This document shows positions 19,590 through 29,051 of a stretch of 64,000 nucleotides of DNA, in pieces (within the stretch, counting starts at the first letter, position 1; each line of letters opens with the position of its first letter). Position numbers and translations under genes: made by a program. The notes under the pieces were generated by a model. It searched no databases and was not told where the DNA came from. It saw only the letters and a list, made by a program, of their open reading frames with translations. The stretch comes from Burkholderiales bacterium (lineage in GTDB: Bacteria > Pseudomonadota > Gammaproteobacteria > Burkholderiales > SG8-39): the NCBI GenBank assembly GCA_041558415.1, contig JBFFEY010000007.1, positions 19,342 through 83,341 on the forward strand, read 5' to 3'.

Positions 19590-21559
19590 ACGCACGCCCC
19601 GGCGAGGCGAAACTGCCTCATCTGTTCAGGCCCGGCAAGCTCGGGCGCTATGCCACCCGGAACATGATCAAGTACGGCGCCTGCTGCGTGTCGAACTATA
19701 ACGATCGGGACGGCACCATCACGCCGCGGGAACTCGCGCGCACGCGGGTGATCGCCAACACCGGCTGCGGCATCATCACCAACCAGGGCGCCTACCCGGA
19801 TGCGAAGGGCGAGGGCAAGTCGTATTTCCGCATGGTCGCGCTCTACGACGACAGGTTCCTGCCGCAGTTCGAGACCATCGCCGGCTACATCCACGAGGCC
19901 GGCGCGGTGGCGATCCAGCAGATCCTGCACGCCGGGCGCTACGGCGGCATCGACCTCGGCTACTGCGTGCAGCCTTCGGTGGTGCCGCAGACGCTGCCGC
20001 ACTTCCGCCCGCCGCGCGAAATGTCGAAGGACGACATCCGGCGCTGCATCCGCGAGCATGTCGATGCCTCGAAGCGCGCCGTCAAGGCCGGCTTCGACGG
20101 CGTCGAGGTGACGAGCTTCATGGGCTACCTGCTCGCCTCGTTCAATTCCAGATTTACCAACCAGCGCACGGACGCGTACGGCGGCTCGCTCGAGAACCGC
20201 GGCCGCTTCATGCGCGAGCTGATCGACGCGGTGAAGCAGGCCCTGCCCGAGCACCCCTTCATCATCCGCTTGAACGGCGCCGAGCTGATGGACCAGTGGG
20301 GCGGCAACAGCGAGGACGAGTGCTTCGAGCTGATGCGGCAGGCCGCCGGCTGCGGCGTCGACATGATCAGCGTCACGGTCGGCTGGCAGGAGGCCCCCGA
20401 GTCGTCGATCGGCCGCGACGTCGCGCCCGGGTACTGGAACTACCTGGCTGCACGCGCCAAGCGCGAATGCCCGAACACCCCCATTGCCTTCGGCAACCGG
20501 CTGCCGGACCCGCGCATGGCGAACGAATGCCTGGCGAAGCGCGAGTTCGACTACTGGGAAGTGTGCCGGCCGATGCTCGCCGACCCCGAGCTGGTGCACA
20601 AGGCGGCGGAGGACCGCCTCGACGAGGTGCGCCGCTGCATCGGCTCGCTCAACTGCCTGTCGCGCGTGTTCCGCGACCTGCCCTACAGCTGCACCATGAA
20701 CCCGGCGCTCGGCCACGAGGTCGAGCCCGAGTACGCGGTCACGCCGGCGGCGGTAAAGAAGAAAATTATGGTGATCGGCGCGGGGCCCGCTGGCATGGAG
20801 TTCGCCATTACGGCGCGCCGGCGCGGGCACGACGTCACGGTCTACGACCGCGCCGACCGCATCGGCGGCAACCTGCTCGGCTATGCGAACTGGGACCTGG
20901 CGCGGCCGGACGACCTGCTCTCGGTGGTGCGGCACTACGAGGTGATGGCCACCAAGCTCGGCGTCGAGATGAAGCTCGGTACCGAGGCGAACGCGAAGCT
21001 CATGCGCTCGGTGCTTCATCAGTACGACGTCTGCGTGGTCGCCGCCGGCGCGCGCATCGACCTTGCCGCCTACGACGGCGTACCGGGCCGCGAACGCCTG
21101 GTCGACGCGCTCGAGGTCGCCGCAGGGCGGATCGAACCCGGCAAGCGCGTGGTAGTCGTCGGTGCCGGAAAGATCGGGCTGGTGGTCGCCGAGTTCCTGA
21201 AGAAGAACCGCAGCGAGGTGACGCTGGTCGAGGCGGACAAGCGCATCGCCGGGGACGTCATGCCGACCTTCAAGTGGCGCCACACGGCCTGGGTCGACGA
21301 GCTCGAGATCCCCGTGCTCACCTCGACGCGCCTCCTGCGCGTGACGGCCGATGCGGCGGTGGTCGTCGACGCGAAAGGCGTGGAAACTACCCTGCCTGCC
21401 GACACCGTGATCGCCGCCGCGCCACGCGTCGCCAACCAGACGCTGTTCGCCGAGTTCGAGTGGATGGTCGATGAGCTGCACGGTTGCGGCGACGCGCTGA
21501 TGCCGCGCGGCATGGATGCCGCGATCCACGAGGGCTACCGGCTCGGGGTGCGCATCTGA
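19586..21559 (+). CDS. OYE/FadH-family FMN-FeS-FAD oxidoreductase (657 aa)
   Basis: QILHAGRY, AGFDGVE, RTDAYGGSLENRGRF, Cys cluster, IGAGPAG and VGAGKIG dinucleotide folds; ATGA overlap with ligase. Confidence 0.9.
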   Translation: MNARPGEAKLPHLFRPGKLGRYATRNMIKYGACCVSNYNDRDGTITPRELARTRVIANTGCGIITNQGAYPDAKGEGKSYFRMVALYDDRFLPQFETIAGYIHEAGAVAIQQILHAGRYGGIDLGYCVQPSVVPQTLPHFRPPREMSKDDIRRCIREHVDASKRAVKAGFDGVEVTSFMGYLLASFNSRFTNQRTDAYGGSLENRGRFMRELIDAVKQALPEHPFIIRLNGAELMDQWGGNSEDECFELMRQAAGCGVDMISVTVGWQEAPESSIGRDVAPGYWNYLAARAKRECPNTPIAFGNRLPDPRMANECLAKREFDYWEVCRPMLADPELVHKAAEDRLDEVRRCIGSLNCLSRVFRDLPYSCTMNPALGHEVEPEYAVTPAAVKKKIMVIGAGPAGMEFAITARRRGHDVTVYDRADRIGGNLLGYANWDLARPDDLLSVVRHYEVMATKLGVEMKLGTEANAKLMRSVLHQYDVCVVAAGARIDLAAYDGVPGRERLVDALEVAAGRIEPGKRVVVVGAGKIGLVVAEFLKKNRSEVTLVEADKRIAGDVMPTFKWRHTAWVDELEIPVLTSTRLLRVTADAAVVVDAKGVETTLPADTVIAAAPRVANQTLFAEFEWMVDELHGCGDALMPRGMDAAIHEGYRLGVRI

Positions 21560-22005
21560 TGGCCGCGCTGCCGCAGATCGCCCTCGACTGGCAGCCGGTG
21601 CTCGATGCGCACGTCGGGCTGTTCGAGCCGCTCGCGCCCGGCGCGAGCGTCGCGCTCGTGCCGCGCTGGCGCAGCGATGCGCAAGGCCAGCGCCGCGCCA
21701 ACGTCATGCCGAAGACCCAGCCGGTGCCGATGCATCTCTGGCTGCGCGAACCTCAGGCGATGCGCGTGCGCGAGAGCATCTTCACCGGCCTCGCGTCGCT
21801 CGGGTCGGACCTGCTGTTCATCGCCGAGGACGGCGCCCTCGACGCCGCGCTCGCGCACGAACGGCCGCTTAGCGAGCTCAAGCGCCTGCTGCGCCGCAAC
21901 CGGATGCTCTTCATGGTGCTGCGCACGCGCGACGAGCTGCGCGAGCGCGGCTGGACCGAGTTTCTCGAGGCGCTCGGGCTGCCGTTCCTCGGCACCTGCC
22001 GTTGA
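21559..22005 (+). CDS. Hypothetical protein (148 aa) ending in LPFLGTCR
   Basis: TGATG overlap with the OYE stop; protein-like composition; no family recognised. Confidence 0.7.
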   Translation: MAALPQIALDWQPVLDAHVGLFEPLAPGASVALVPRWRSDAQGQRRANVMPKTQPVPMHLWLREPQAMRVRESIFTGLASLGSDLLFIAEDGALDAALAHERPLSELKRLLRRNRMLFMVLRTRDELRERGWTEFLEALGLPFLGTCR

Positions 22006-22011
22006 GGCGCG

Positions 22012-22209
22012 ATGATCTTCACCAACCCCGCGGGCGCACCCGAGCTGGCCTGCGAAGAATGCGGCTGCCGCTGGTTCGACCGCATGACCGACTGCTGCTA
22101 CGAGTGCGGCGCGCCGGTCAGCGCGGCGGCGATGGACGAGTATCAGCGCGCGCTGGCGGCATTTGCCGCGCGCCGCGAGTCGGATAGCCCCGACCCGGCT
22201 TTAGGCTGA
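22012..22209 (+). CDS. Small Cys-rich protein (rubredoxin/zinc-ribbon-like, 65 aa)
   Basis: CEECGC and CCYECG motifs; GAGG RBS; starts 6 nt after the previous stop. Confidence 0.72.
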   Translation: MIFTNPAGAPELACEECGCRWFDRMTDCCYECGAPVSAAAMDEYQRALAAFAARRESDSPDPALG

Positions 22210-22248
22210 CCCCTGACTAAAAAGCGCCGGACGATCTCACGCGCGACG

Positions 22249-22512
22249 CTACTTCAGAAAAGAAATCTCCGGCTTGCCGACCACGCCGGCCTCCTTCATG
22301 ACCTTGCGCAGGTTCGCACTGGACGTGAATGCCTTTGCCTTCGACAGGCTCGCAGCCTGGAACAGGATCAGCACGTCCTTCGGGTTCCTGACGCTCCGCA
22401 GCAGCGCTTTTTGCCTAAGCGCAGCTTTTCTGCGCGCAGGCGCGTGCCCGTCATAGGCACGCTTCCATTTGGCGAAGTCCTTGACCTTGTGACGAACGAG
22501 TAGGAATGCCAT
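22249..22512 (-). CDS. Small conserved alpha/beta barrel protein (cyclase/DUF3764-like)
   Basis: VRHKVKDFAKWK..YD and MKEAGVVGKP pattern; strong RBS AAGGAGG. Confidence 0.7.
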   Translation of the reverse strand: MAFLLVRHKVKDFAKWKRAYDGHAPARRKAALRQKALLRSVRNPKDVLILFQAASLSKAKAFTSSANLRKVMKEAGVVGKPEISFLK

Positions 22513-22600
22513 TGGGTCCTCCTTGTTGGCGTTGACCTGCGCGACCATCATAACGCCATGCGGCGCTGTGCAGGGCAGCCTCCGTGCTGAAGCGCCCCCC

Positions 22601-23491
22601 TCAGTCCGCCAACTTGCCGTCGGCTGTGAGCGGATACCAGCGTGGCGTCTCCCCCTGCGCGAACGCGACGATGTGATTCGGCGGTACCGCGCGCCACTTC
22701 GCGTCGCCGGTCAGGCGCTCCGAGGACACCACCACGGCCTCGCCCGTTTCTTCCGGATGGCGCGCGTGGAACTCCTGCGAGGTCGTCGCGTAGATGTGGT
22801 CGTGCAGGGTGTAGAGCGAATCGGGCGGCGCCGTGGGGTTGCTGGTAAAGCGCGACGCCGCGGCGTGCACGCCGTCCGACACGGCGACGTTTAGCGCGCT
22901 CGGCGCGCCCTCACCGTGCGCCTTGACCACGGCCAGCACGCGCGCGAGCGTCGCCGCGAGGCGCTCGGCAAGCCGGCGCACGCCGTCAACCTGTTCGCCG
23001 GGCGGCTCGCCGTGCTTGAGCAGCTCGTCGACGAAGATGGCGAACATGTGCTCGCTGTCGGTGTCGCCGCGAACGACGTTGTAGGCCTCGTCCGAAAGGT
23101 CGGCGAGCAGCTGCCGCCGCAGGCGCGGATAGGCGCCGATCGCGCCGTTGTGCATCAGCAGGTAGCGGCCGTGCTGGAAAGGATGGCAGTTCGCCTGGTG
23201 CACCGCGCTGCCCGCGGTCGCCGCGCGCACGTGCGCCAGCACGCAGGGGCTCGCCACCACGCGCGTGATGCTCTGCAGATTGCGGTTGTTCCACGCCGGC
23301 GAGATGGAATGGAACACCGCCGGCTCGTCCGACAGGCGCGGCGCGTACCAGCCGACGCCGAAGCCGTCACCGTTCAGCGGCTCGTCGCGCTCGGCGGCGT
23401 GAAAGCTCTGGTGGATCAGCGAGTGCGTCGGCTCGATCAACAGCGTGCTCAGCCGGATCGACGGGCCGAGGTAAAGGGTGAAGCGGCACAT
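22601..23491 (-). CDS. Class II glutamine amidotransferase (EgtC/DUG3-like Ntn hydrolase)
   Basis: Start MCRF exposes Cys2; NGDGFGVGWY, PAWN, AHVRAAT, NCHPF, HNG, GDTDSE, SSERL. Confidence 0.9.
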   Translation of the reverse strand: MCRFTLYLGPSIRLSTLLIEPTHSLIHQSFHAAERDEPLNGDGFGVGWYAPRLSDEPAVFHSISPAWNNRNLQSITRVVASPCVLAHVRAATAGSAVHQANCHPFQHGRYLLMHNGAIGAYPRLRRQLLADLSDEAYNVVRGDTDSEHMFAIFVDELLKHGEPPGEQVDGVRRLAERLAATLARVLAVVKAHGEGAPSALNVAVSDGVHAAASRFTSNPTAPPDSLYTLHDHIYATTSQEFHARHPEETGEAVVVSSERLTGDAKWRAVPPNHIVAFAQGETPRWYPLTADGKLAD

Positions 23492-23532
23492 GGCAGGCTC
23501 CGGTCGGTTGCGCCGCGCATCATACCGGCGCG

Positions 23533-23793
23533 CTAGCGCGGCGGGTGCAGGTCGCGCGGCCGGCGCGGCGGCCGGCACCAGACGCCCGAAAGGTCGGAAT
23601 CCAGCCACGACACGGCGATCGCCCAGACCCCGCCGACGAGCGCGGTGAAGCCGAACCAGAACGCGCGCTCGCGCAGCGCCTCGGCAATCGAGTCGTCGGC
23701 ACCGAACACAGCGTAGGCGCCGACGGCGAGGAAGCCGAGCCCGGTGAGCGTGCCAAGGATGCGGATCGCGAGCTGGTTCGTGTGCAGGCGCAT
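23533..23793 (-). CDS. Small two-TM hypothetical membrane protein
   Basis: Two hydrophobic helices; starts 4 nt after the EamA gene stop. Confidence 0.6.
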   Translation of the reverse strand: MRLHTNQLAIRILGTLTGLGFLAVGAYAVFGADDSIAEALRERAFWFGFTALVGGVWAIAVSWLDSDLSGVWCRPPRRPRDLHPPR

Positions 23794-23797
23794 CGGC

Positions 23798-24691
23798 TCA
23801 TTTTCGCGCCGGCAGCGCGACCGTGAGGAGCGAAGCGATCACCAGTGCGAAGGCGGCGTATTCCATCGGCGTGGGCCGCTCGCCGAGGAACAGGATGCCG
23901 CTCAGCACGCCGATCATCGGGGTGAGCAGCATGGCGAGGGAGAACACGGTCACCGAGAGGCTGGTCGCCAGCTTGATCCAAACCCAGTGCGCCCAGGCGA
24001 AGGCAATGAGCACGTTGTACGACACGCCGAACCAGGCCTTCGGGCTCACCTCGGCGAGCGCGGCGAGATCGTCGAGGATCAGCGCACCGACGAAGATCGG
24101 GATGCCGCCGAGCAGCATGATCCAGGCGGTGTAGACGCCGACCGGCATGGAGACCGGGTAGCGCTTCTGGAACACGGTGGCGAGCGCCCACATGATTGCC
24201 GCCAGCAGCACCAGCAGCGATCCAACCGGCGCGCTGCCGAGGTTGCGCACGCCCTCGCCGAGCAAGAGCACGAGCCCCGCCATGCCGAGCGCGAGGCCCG
24301 TCAGCCTGCGCCCGTTGAGGCGCTCGCCGAGCAGCCACACCGAAAGCGGGATCGCCCAGGCGGGCATGGTGTAGGCGAGGATCGCGGCGCGGCCGGACGG
24401 GATCATCGACACGCCGTAGGCGACGAGCAGGTTCCAGGCGGTGATTGCGGTGAGCGAGAGCCCGATCAGCCGCGGCCACTGGCCCTTCGGCACGGCGAGC
24501 GAGTGGCCGCCCGCCTTCATCACCCCGAACAGCACGGCCGAGCCGACGCCGAGGCACATCGAGCGGAAGGTGAACGGCGCGACCTCCGATAGCGCGAGCT
24601 TCATCGCCGTCCAGTTGAAGCCCCAGGCGAAGGTCAGCCCGGCGAGCACCCAACACAGGCGCGCCGGGATGTGGTCGGCCGAGGCGCTCAT
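23798..24691 (-). CDS. EamA/DMT family transporter
   Basis: WGFNW, SGRAAIL, LLGERL, FLGERP repeats; ATGA overlap with upstream gene. Confidence 0.9.
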   Translation of the reverse strand: MSASADHIPARLCWVLAGLTFAWGFNWTAMKLALSEVAPFTFRSMCLGVGSAVLFGVMKAGGHSLAVPKGQWPRLIGLSLTAITAWNLLVAYGVSMIPSGRAAILAYTMPAWAIPLSVWLLGERLNGRRLTGLALGMAGLVLLLGEGVRNLGSAPVGSLLVLLAAIMWALATVFQKRYPVSMPVGVYTAWIMLLGGIPIFVGALILDDLAALAEVSPKAWFGVSYNVLIAFAWAHWVWIKLATSLSVTVFSLAMLLTPMIGVLSGILFLGERPTPMEYAAFALVIASLLTVALPARK

Positions 24692-25734
24692 CGCGCCGCG
24701 AGCAGCGCGCGCAGATCCGCGGCGTGCTGCTCGGGGTAGAGCATGGCGAACTTCTCGCCGAGCAGCAGCTGCAGGTAGGCAGTGTCGGAGTTGTGCAGCT
24801 GCGGATGCAGGTAGAAGCGCGGCAGCAAGCGCGCGGTGAGCCGATGCCGACCCGAGCGCTCGCCTTCCGCGTCGGGCATGAGCGTCAGGTTGAAGCTCCA
24901 CATTCCCATCGCCGCGTAGGCGGCGAGCACGCGGCACAGGCTGCCTGCGAACGCCTCGAGCGCCGCGTCGTCGCAGGCACTGACCGTGGCGTAGTCGACG
25001 AACATGGCCTGCGCGTCGCCCAGCATGCCGCTCGGACCGAAGGGCACCCACCAGGCGATGCCGCCCGCCTCCTCCAGCCAGCGTTCGCCGCCGCGCTCGG
25101 CCTCGTGCAGCGCCACGGGGTAGGCCCGCCCATGGGCGGCGAGCCAGCGCGCCTCCGCCTCCAGCTCGCGCCGCAGCTGGTTGCCCGGCGTGTCGGTGAC
25201 GATCACCTGCATGTGCGGATGCACCTGCGATGCCCCCGAAGGCGGCATGTAGTTCCAGGTGACGATGCCGAAGGCCTCGCCTCCCTCGACGAGCGGCGCC
25301 GCGGTGACGATGAAATCGCGCGCCAGCTTCAACGCGTCGGCGACAATCGCCGGCGGCATGGCATCCATGGCGAGGAAATGCGCATGCGCCATCGACACGA
25401 TCGCCGACACGTCGTCGTAGGGGAACAGGTTCGGCACCAGCAGCGCCTCGCCGCGCCGCAGCCGTCCCTCGGGCAGCAGCTCGGCGGGATAGCGCGGCGT
25501 CACGCGCTCGACGCTGTCGGGGCAGAACGGGCAGTTGGCGCGCGTGCGCTCGGCGAGCACCGACAGGTCGGGCCGCTCGCGCTTCGGGAATGCAAAGTGG
25601 CAGATGCGCGACGAATCGCCGGTCAGCGGGTCGTAGCGCACCTCGCTCTCGATCTCGCTGAGCGCGAAGTCGCGCCGCGGATCATGGATGCGCGCGCGCT
25701 TGCGCGTCGCGCGGAATTCGAGCGGCGCGCTCAA
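24688..25734 (-). CDS. GalT/HIT-superfamily nucleotidyltransferase-like protein
   Basis: RYDPLTG, CPFCP, VPNLFPY, GASQVHPHMQ (HxHxQ); TTG start overlapping the previous TGA (TTGA). Confidence 0.8.
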   Translation of the reverse strand: MSAPLEFRATRKRARIHDPRRDFALSEIESEVRYDPLTGDSSRICHFAFPKRERPDLSVLAERTRANCPFCPDSVERVTPRYPAELLPEGRLRRGEALLVPNLFPYDDVSAIVSMAHAHFLAMDAMPPAIVADALKLARDFIVTAAPLVEGGEAFGIVTWNYMPPSGASQVHPHMQVIVTDTPGNQLRRELEAEARWLAAHGRAYPVALHEAERGGERWLEEAGGIAWWVPFGPSGMLGDAQAMFVDYATVSACDDAALEAFAGSLCRVLAAYAAMGMWSFNLTLMPDAEGERSGRHRLTARLLPRFYLHPQLHNSDTAYLQLLLGEKFAMLYPEQHAADLRALLAAR

Positions 25735-26936
25735 GCCGGCGGCCCCGACGCTTCCTCGCCCGGCAGCGCCTTGCCCGTGCGGTACACCGTCCCGGTGAGG
25801 CTCGCCACCAGCACGCCGTCCTCGCGCCGCACTTCCATGCGGTAGACGCCCAGCTTGCGGGTGCGCGACACCTCCTCGGCGCGCGCCGTCAGCCGTTCGC
25901 CGGATTGCACCGCCACCGAGAAGGTCATGTGCGAGTCGATCAGCGCCGCGACCGAGCCGTAGGAATTGCAGGCCAGGCCGAGCGCGGTGTCGGCGAGCGA
26001 AAAGATCGCTCCGCCGTGACAGCTGCCCCAGAAGTTGATGTGCTCCGGGCGCACGCGCATCGTCACGCTCGCCCTGCCCTCGCCCGCCTCGAGCAGCTCG
26101 AGCCCGAGGTGGCGCGCGAAGGCATCGCGTGCCATCAGCCGTTCGAGCAGCGCTGCCGCGTCCGATGCGGGCGGCGGGGTGCCCTGCGGCCGCGGCCTGC
26201 GGCCGCGCACTTCGAGCCAGTCGACGAGTGCCGCGACGCCTTCGCCCGTCGTCGCCACCGTTTTCAGCACTGGCGCCTGCGCCGCGGCGCCCTGGCGCAG
26301 CGCGAGCATCGCCAGCAGCTCGCGCTCGGTGCGCGCCGCGTCGGGAAGATCGGCCTTGTTGACGACGAACGCATCTGCGATCTCGAGGATGCCGGCCTTG
26401 ATCGCCTGCACGTCGTCGCCCAGGCCTGGCGGGCACACCACCAGGCGATGCGCGGCAACCTTCGCGATCTCGACCTCAGACTGGCCGGCGCCGACCGTCT
26501 CCACCAGCACGTCGTCGAAGCCGGCGCCGTCGAGCACGTCGACCACCTGCGCCGCGGTGCGCGACAGGCCGCCGAGATGGCCGCGCGCGGCGAGCGAGCG
26601 GATGAATACCGCCTCGTGGCCCTGCATCTCGCCCATGCGCACGCGGTCGCCGAGCACCGCACCGCCGGAGACCGGGCTCGACGGATCGACGGCGATCACC
26701 GCGACGCGCCGGCCGCGGCCGACCAGCTCCCGGACCATGGCGTTGACCAGCGTCGATTTGCCCGCCCCCGGCGGGCCGGTGATGCCGATGACCTGCGCGT
26801 GGCCGAGGTGTGCCGCGAGCGCGGCGCGGATGGAGGCCGCCTCGTGGGTCTGGTTCTCCACCGCGGTGATCGCGCGTGCCAGCGCGCGGCGGTCACCGCC
26901 GCGGATGCGTTCGGCCAGCGTGACGGGCGCGTTCAT
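25731..26936 (-). CDS. meaB: MeaB/ArgK-family GTPase fused to C-terminal PaaI-type hotdog thioesterase
   Basis: GITGPPGAGKST, AVDPSSP, LGDRVRM, ETVGAGQSE, VNKAD; then linker and SCHGGAIFSLAD hotdog motif in one frame. Confidence 0.88.
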   Translation of the reverse strand: MNAPVTLAERIRGGDRRALARAITAVENQTHEAASIRAALAAHLGHAQVIGITGPPGAGKSTLVNAMVRELVGRGRRVAVIAVDPSSPVSGGAVLGDRVRMGEMQGHEAVFIRSLAARGHLGGLSRTAAQVVDVLDGAGFDDVLVETVGAGQSEVEIAKVAAHRLVVCPPGLGDDVQAIKAGILEIADAFVVNKADLPDAARTERELLAMLALRQGAAAQAPVLKTVATTGEGVAALVDWLEVRGRRPRPQGTPPPASDAAALLERLMARDAFARHLGLELLEAGEGRASVTMRVRPEHINFWGSCHGGAIFSLADTALGLACNSYGSVAALIDSHMTFSVAVQSGERLTARAEEVSRTRKLGVYRMEVRREDGVLVASLTGTVYRTGKALPGEEASGPPA

Positions 26937-26946
26937 CGGGCGCGGG

Positions 26947-28629
26947 TCAGACGACCGCCAGCGGCTGGCCGAAGCCGAGCTCGCGGCGCAGACAGGCGCA
27001 GATCTCGCCGTGCGTGGCGCCGGCCTCGGCCGCGCCGACGACGCGCGCCATGACGTTTTCGCTGCCCTGCGCGGCGCGCGCCAGCGCATCGAGCGCCTGC
27101 TGCACCGCGCTGCCCGAGCGCCGCGCCTTGTATTCGGCGAGCCGCGCGACCTGCGCCGCAATGCGCTCGCGCTGCGGGTACTCGAGCACGGTGTAGGCGT
27201 CGGGATCCTCCTCGGCCTGGTAGGCGTTGACGCCGACCACAGTCTGCTCACCCGACTCGACGCGTTTCTGGAAGGCGAGCGCCGAATCGCCGATCATGCG
27301 CTGCACCAGACCCTGCTCGACCGCGCGGTACATGCCGCCGGCGGCGTCGATCTCCGCGATGATCGATTCGATTTTCTCCTGCATCTGGTCGGTGAGCGCC
27401 TCGAGGTAGTACGAGCCGCCGAGCGGATCGATCACCTCAGTGAGCTGCGCCTCCTCGCGCAGCACGTTCTGCGTCGCCACCGCGATGCGCGCCGCCTCCT
27501 CCGTCGGCACCGACAGCACCTCGTCGTAGCTGTCCGTATGCAGCGACTGCAGGCCACCGAAAATGCCGGCCATTGCCTGCACCGCGACGCGCGCGATGTT
27601 GTTGAGCGGCTGCTGCCGCGTGAGGTCGACGCCCGAGGTCTGGCCGTGGAACTTGAAGCGCCAGGCTTTCGGGTCCTTCGCGCCGAAGCGTTCGCGCGCG
27701 AGCTTGGCCCAGATGCGCCGCCCGGCACGGAACTTGGCAATCTCCTCGAAAAAGCTCACCGAGATGTCGAAGAAGAACGTGAAGCGCGGCAGGAAGGCGT
27801 CGGGCGCCATGCCGCGCGCGCGGCAGTCCTCCGCGTACTGAATCGCCGAGGCGAGCGTGAAGGCCATCGCCTCGGCGGGCGTCGCGCCCGCCTGCTGCAT
27901 GTGCTGGCCAACCACCGACAGCGGGTTCCAGCCGGGGACCTCGGCGTTGCAGAAGGCAATGTGGTCGACCAGCACGCGCCGCGCGCCCTGCAGCGCGAGG
28001 CGGAAGAACATGTGGTTGGCGACGAAATGCGAGATGCAGTCGGACTGGTTGGACGTGCCGGTGATGCTGCGCCAGGCGATCCCGCGGCGCCGCGCGACGG
28101 CGAGCAGCAGCGCGAGCAGCGTGAAGGGCGACGGGTCGTTCAGCGCGCAGGAAATGCGGTCGAGCGGCACGTCAGCGAGTGCGCGGTCCATGTCCTCTAC
28201 GCTGTTGACCACCGTGCCGCAGGTGCCGAGCAGTTCCTCCGGCACCTCGTCGGCGTCATAGCCGCGAAACACCGAGTTGCAGGGAATCAGCGAGACCGCG
28301 CTGGTGCCGTGCGCGAGCAATGTCTTGAGGCGCGCGTTGTAGTCCTCCGGCACGCCGAGACCGATCAGCTGGCGCTGCGTCCAGCTGCGCCCGCGGTGCA
28401 TCGAGGGATAGATGCCGCGCGTGTTCGGATACTCGCCCGGAAAACCGAGCGTCTCGAGATAGCGCGTGCCGCCCCAGTCCTGCGGCGTGTAGAGCGGCTT
28501 CACGGCGATGCCGGAGCGGTTCACCGCCGGCCGCGCGGCGCCGGGGCTGGCGTCGAACGCCGCCTGCCAGCGGCGCTCGGCCTGCTCGAGCTCGGTCGCG
28601 GCGAGCGGCTTGGCGACGGGTTTGTTCAT
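26947..28629 (-). CDS. B12-dependent acyl-CoA mutase large subunit, pivalyl-CoA mutase type
   Basis: [40 protein letters not shown]; specificity positions Leu88 (TQRQLIG) and Asn205 (HFVANH). Confidence 0.88.
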   Translation of the reverse strand: MNKPVAKPLAATELEQAERRWQAAFDASPGAARPAVNRSGIAVKPLYTPQDWGGTRYLETLGFPGEYPNTRGIYPSMHRGRSWTQRQLIGLGVPEDYNARLKTLLAHGTSAVSLIPCNSVFRGYDADEVPEELLGTCGTVVNSVEDMDRALADVPLDRISCALNDPSPFTLLALLLAVARRRGIAWRSITGTSNQSDCISHFVANHMFFRLALQGARRVLVDHIAFCNAEVPGWNPLSVVGQHMQQAGATPAEAMAFTLASAIQYAEDCRARGMAPDAFLPRFTFFFDISVSFFEEIAKFRAGRRIWAKLARERFGAKDPKAWRFKFHGQTSGVDLTRQQPLNNIARVAVQAMAGIFGGLQSLHTDSYDEVLSVPTEEAARIAVATQNVLREEAQLTEVIDPLGGSYYLEALTDQMQEKIESIIAEIDAAGGMYRAVEQGLVQRMIGDSALAFQKRVESGEQTVVGVNAYQAEEDPDAYTVLEYPQRERIAAQVARLAEYKARRSGSAVQQALDALARAAQGSENVMARVVGAAEAGATHGEICACLRRELGFGQPLAVV

Positions 28630-29051
28630 AGGGTTCCCTCCAGTTCGGCGCGGCGCGCACGCGTCAACGCGCGCACCGCGTCCGCGATCTCTTCCAGCGA
28701 CGCGCCGGGATGGAACACCCGGGCGACACCCGCCTCGACGAGCATGCGCTCGTCCTTGGGTGGGACGATGCCGCCGACGATCACGCGTACGTCGTCGAGT
28801 CCCGCCGCGCGCAGCGCATCCATCAGTTTCGGCACCAGCAGGTGATCGGTCGCCAGCGAGGACAGGCCGACGACGTCCGCGTCCTCCTCGGTGGCCAGCT
28901 TGACGACCGCGGCGATCTCCTGCCAGGGCGGCGTGTACACCACCTCCATGCCGGTGTCGCGCAGGTAGGCGGCGACGACGCGGCTGCCGCGGTCGTGGCC
29001 GTCAAAGCCGATTTTGGTGACGATGACCTTCGGTGGTCGCTGATCAGCCAT
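28626..29051 (-). CDS. B12-binding small subunit of acyl-CoA mutase
   Basis: DGHDRG (DxHxxG), GLSSL, VGGIVP, FHPG. Confidence 0.93.
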   Translation of the reverse strand: MADQRPPKVIVTKIGFDGHDRGSRVVAAYLRDTGMEVVYTPPWQEIAAVVKLATEEDADVVGLSSLATDHLLVPKLMDALRAAGLDDVRVIVGGIVPPKDERMLVEAGVARVFHPGASLEEIADAVRALTRARRAELEGTL

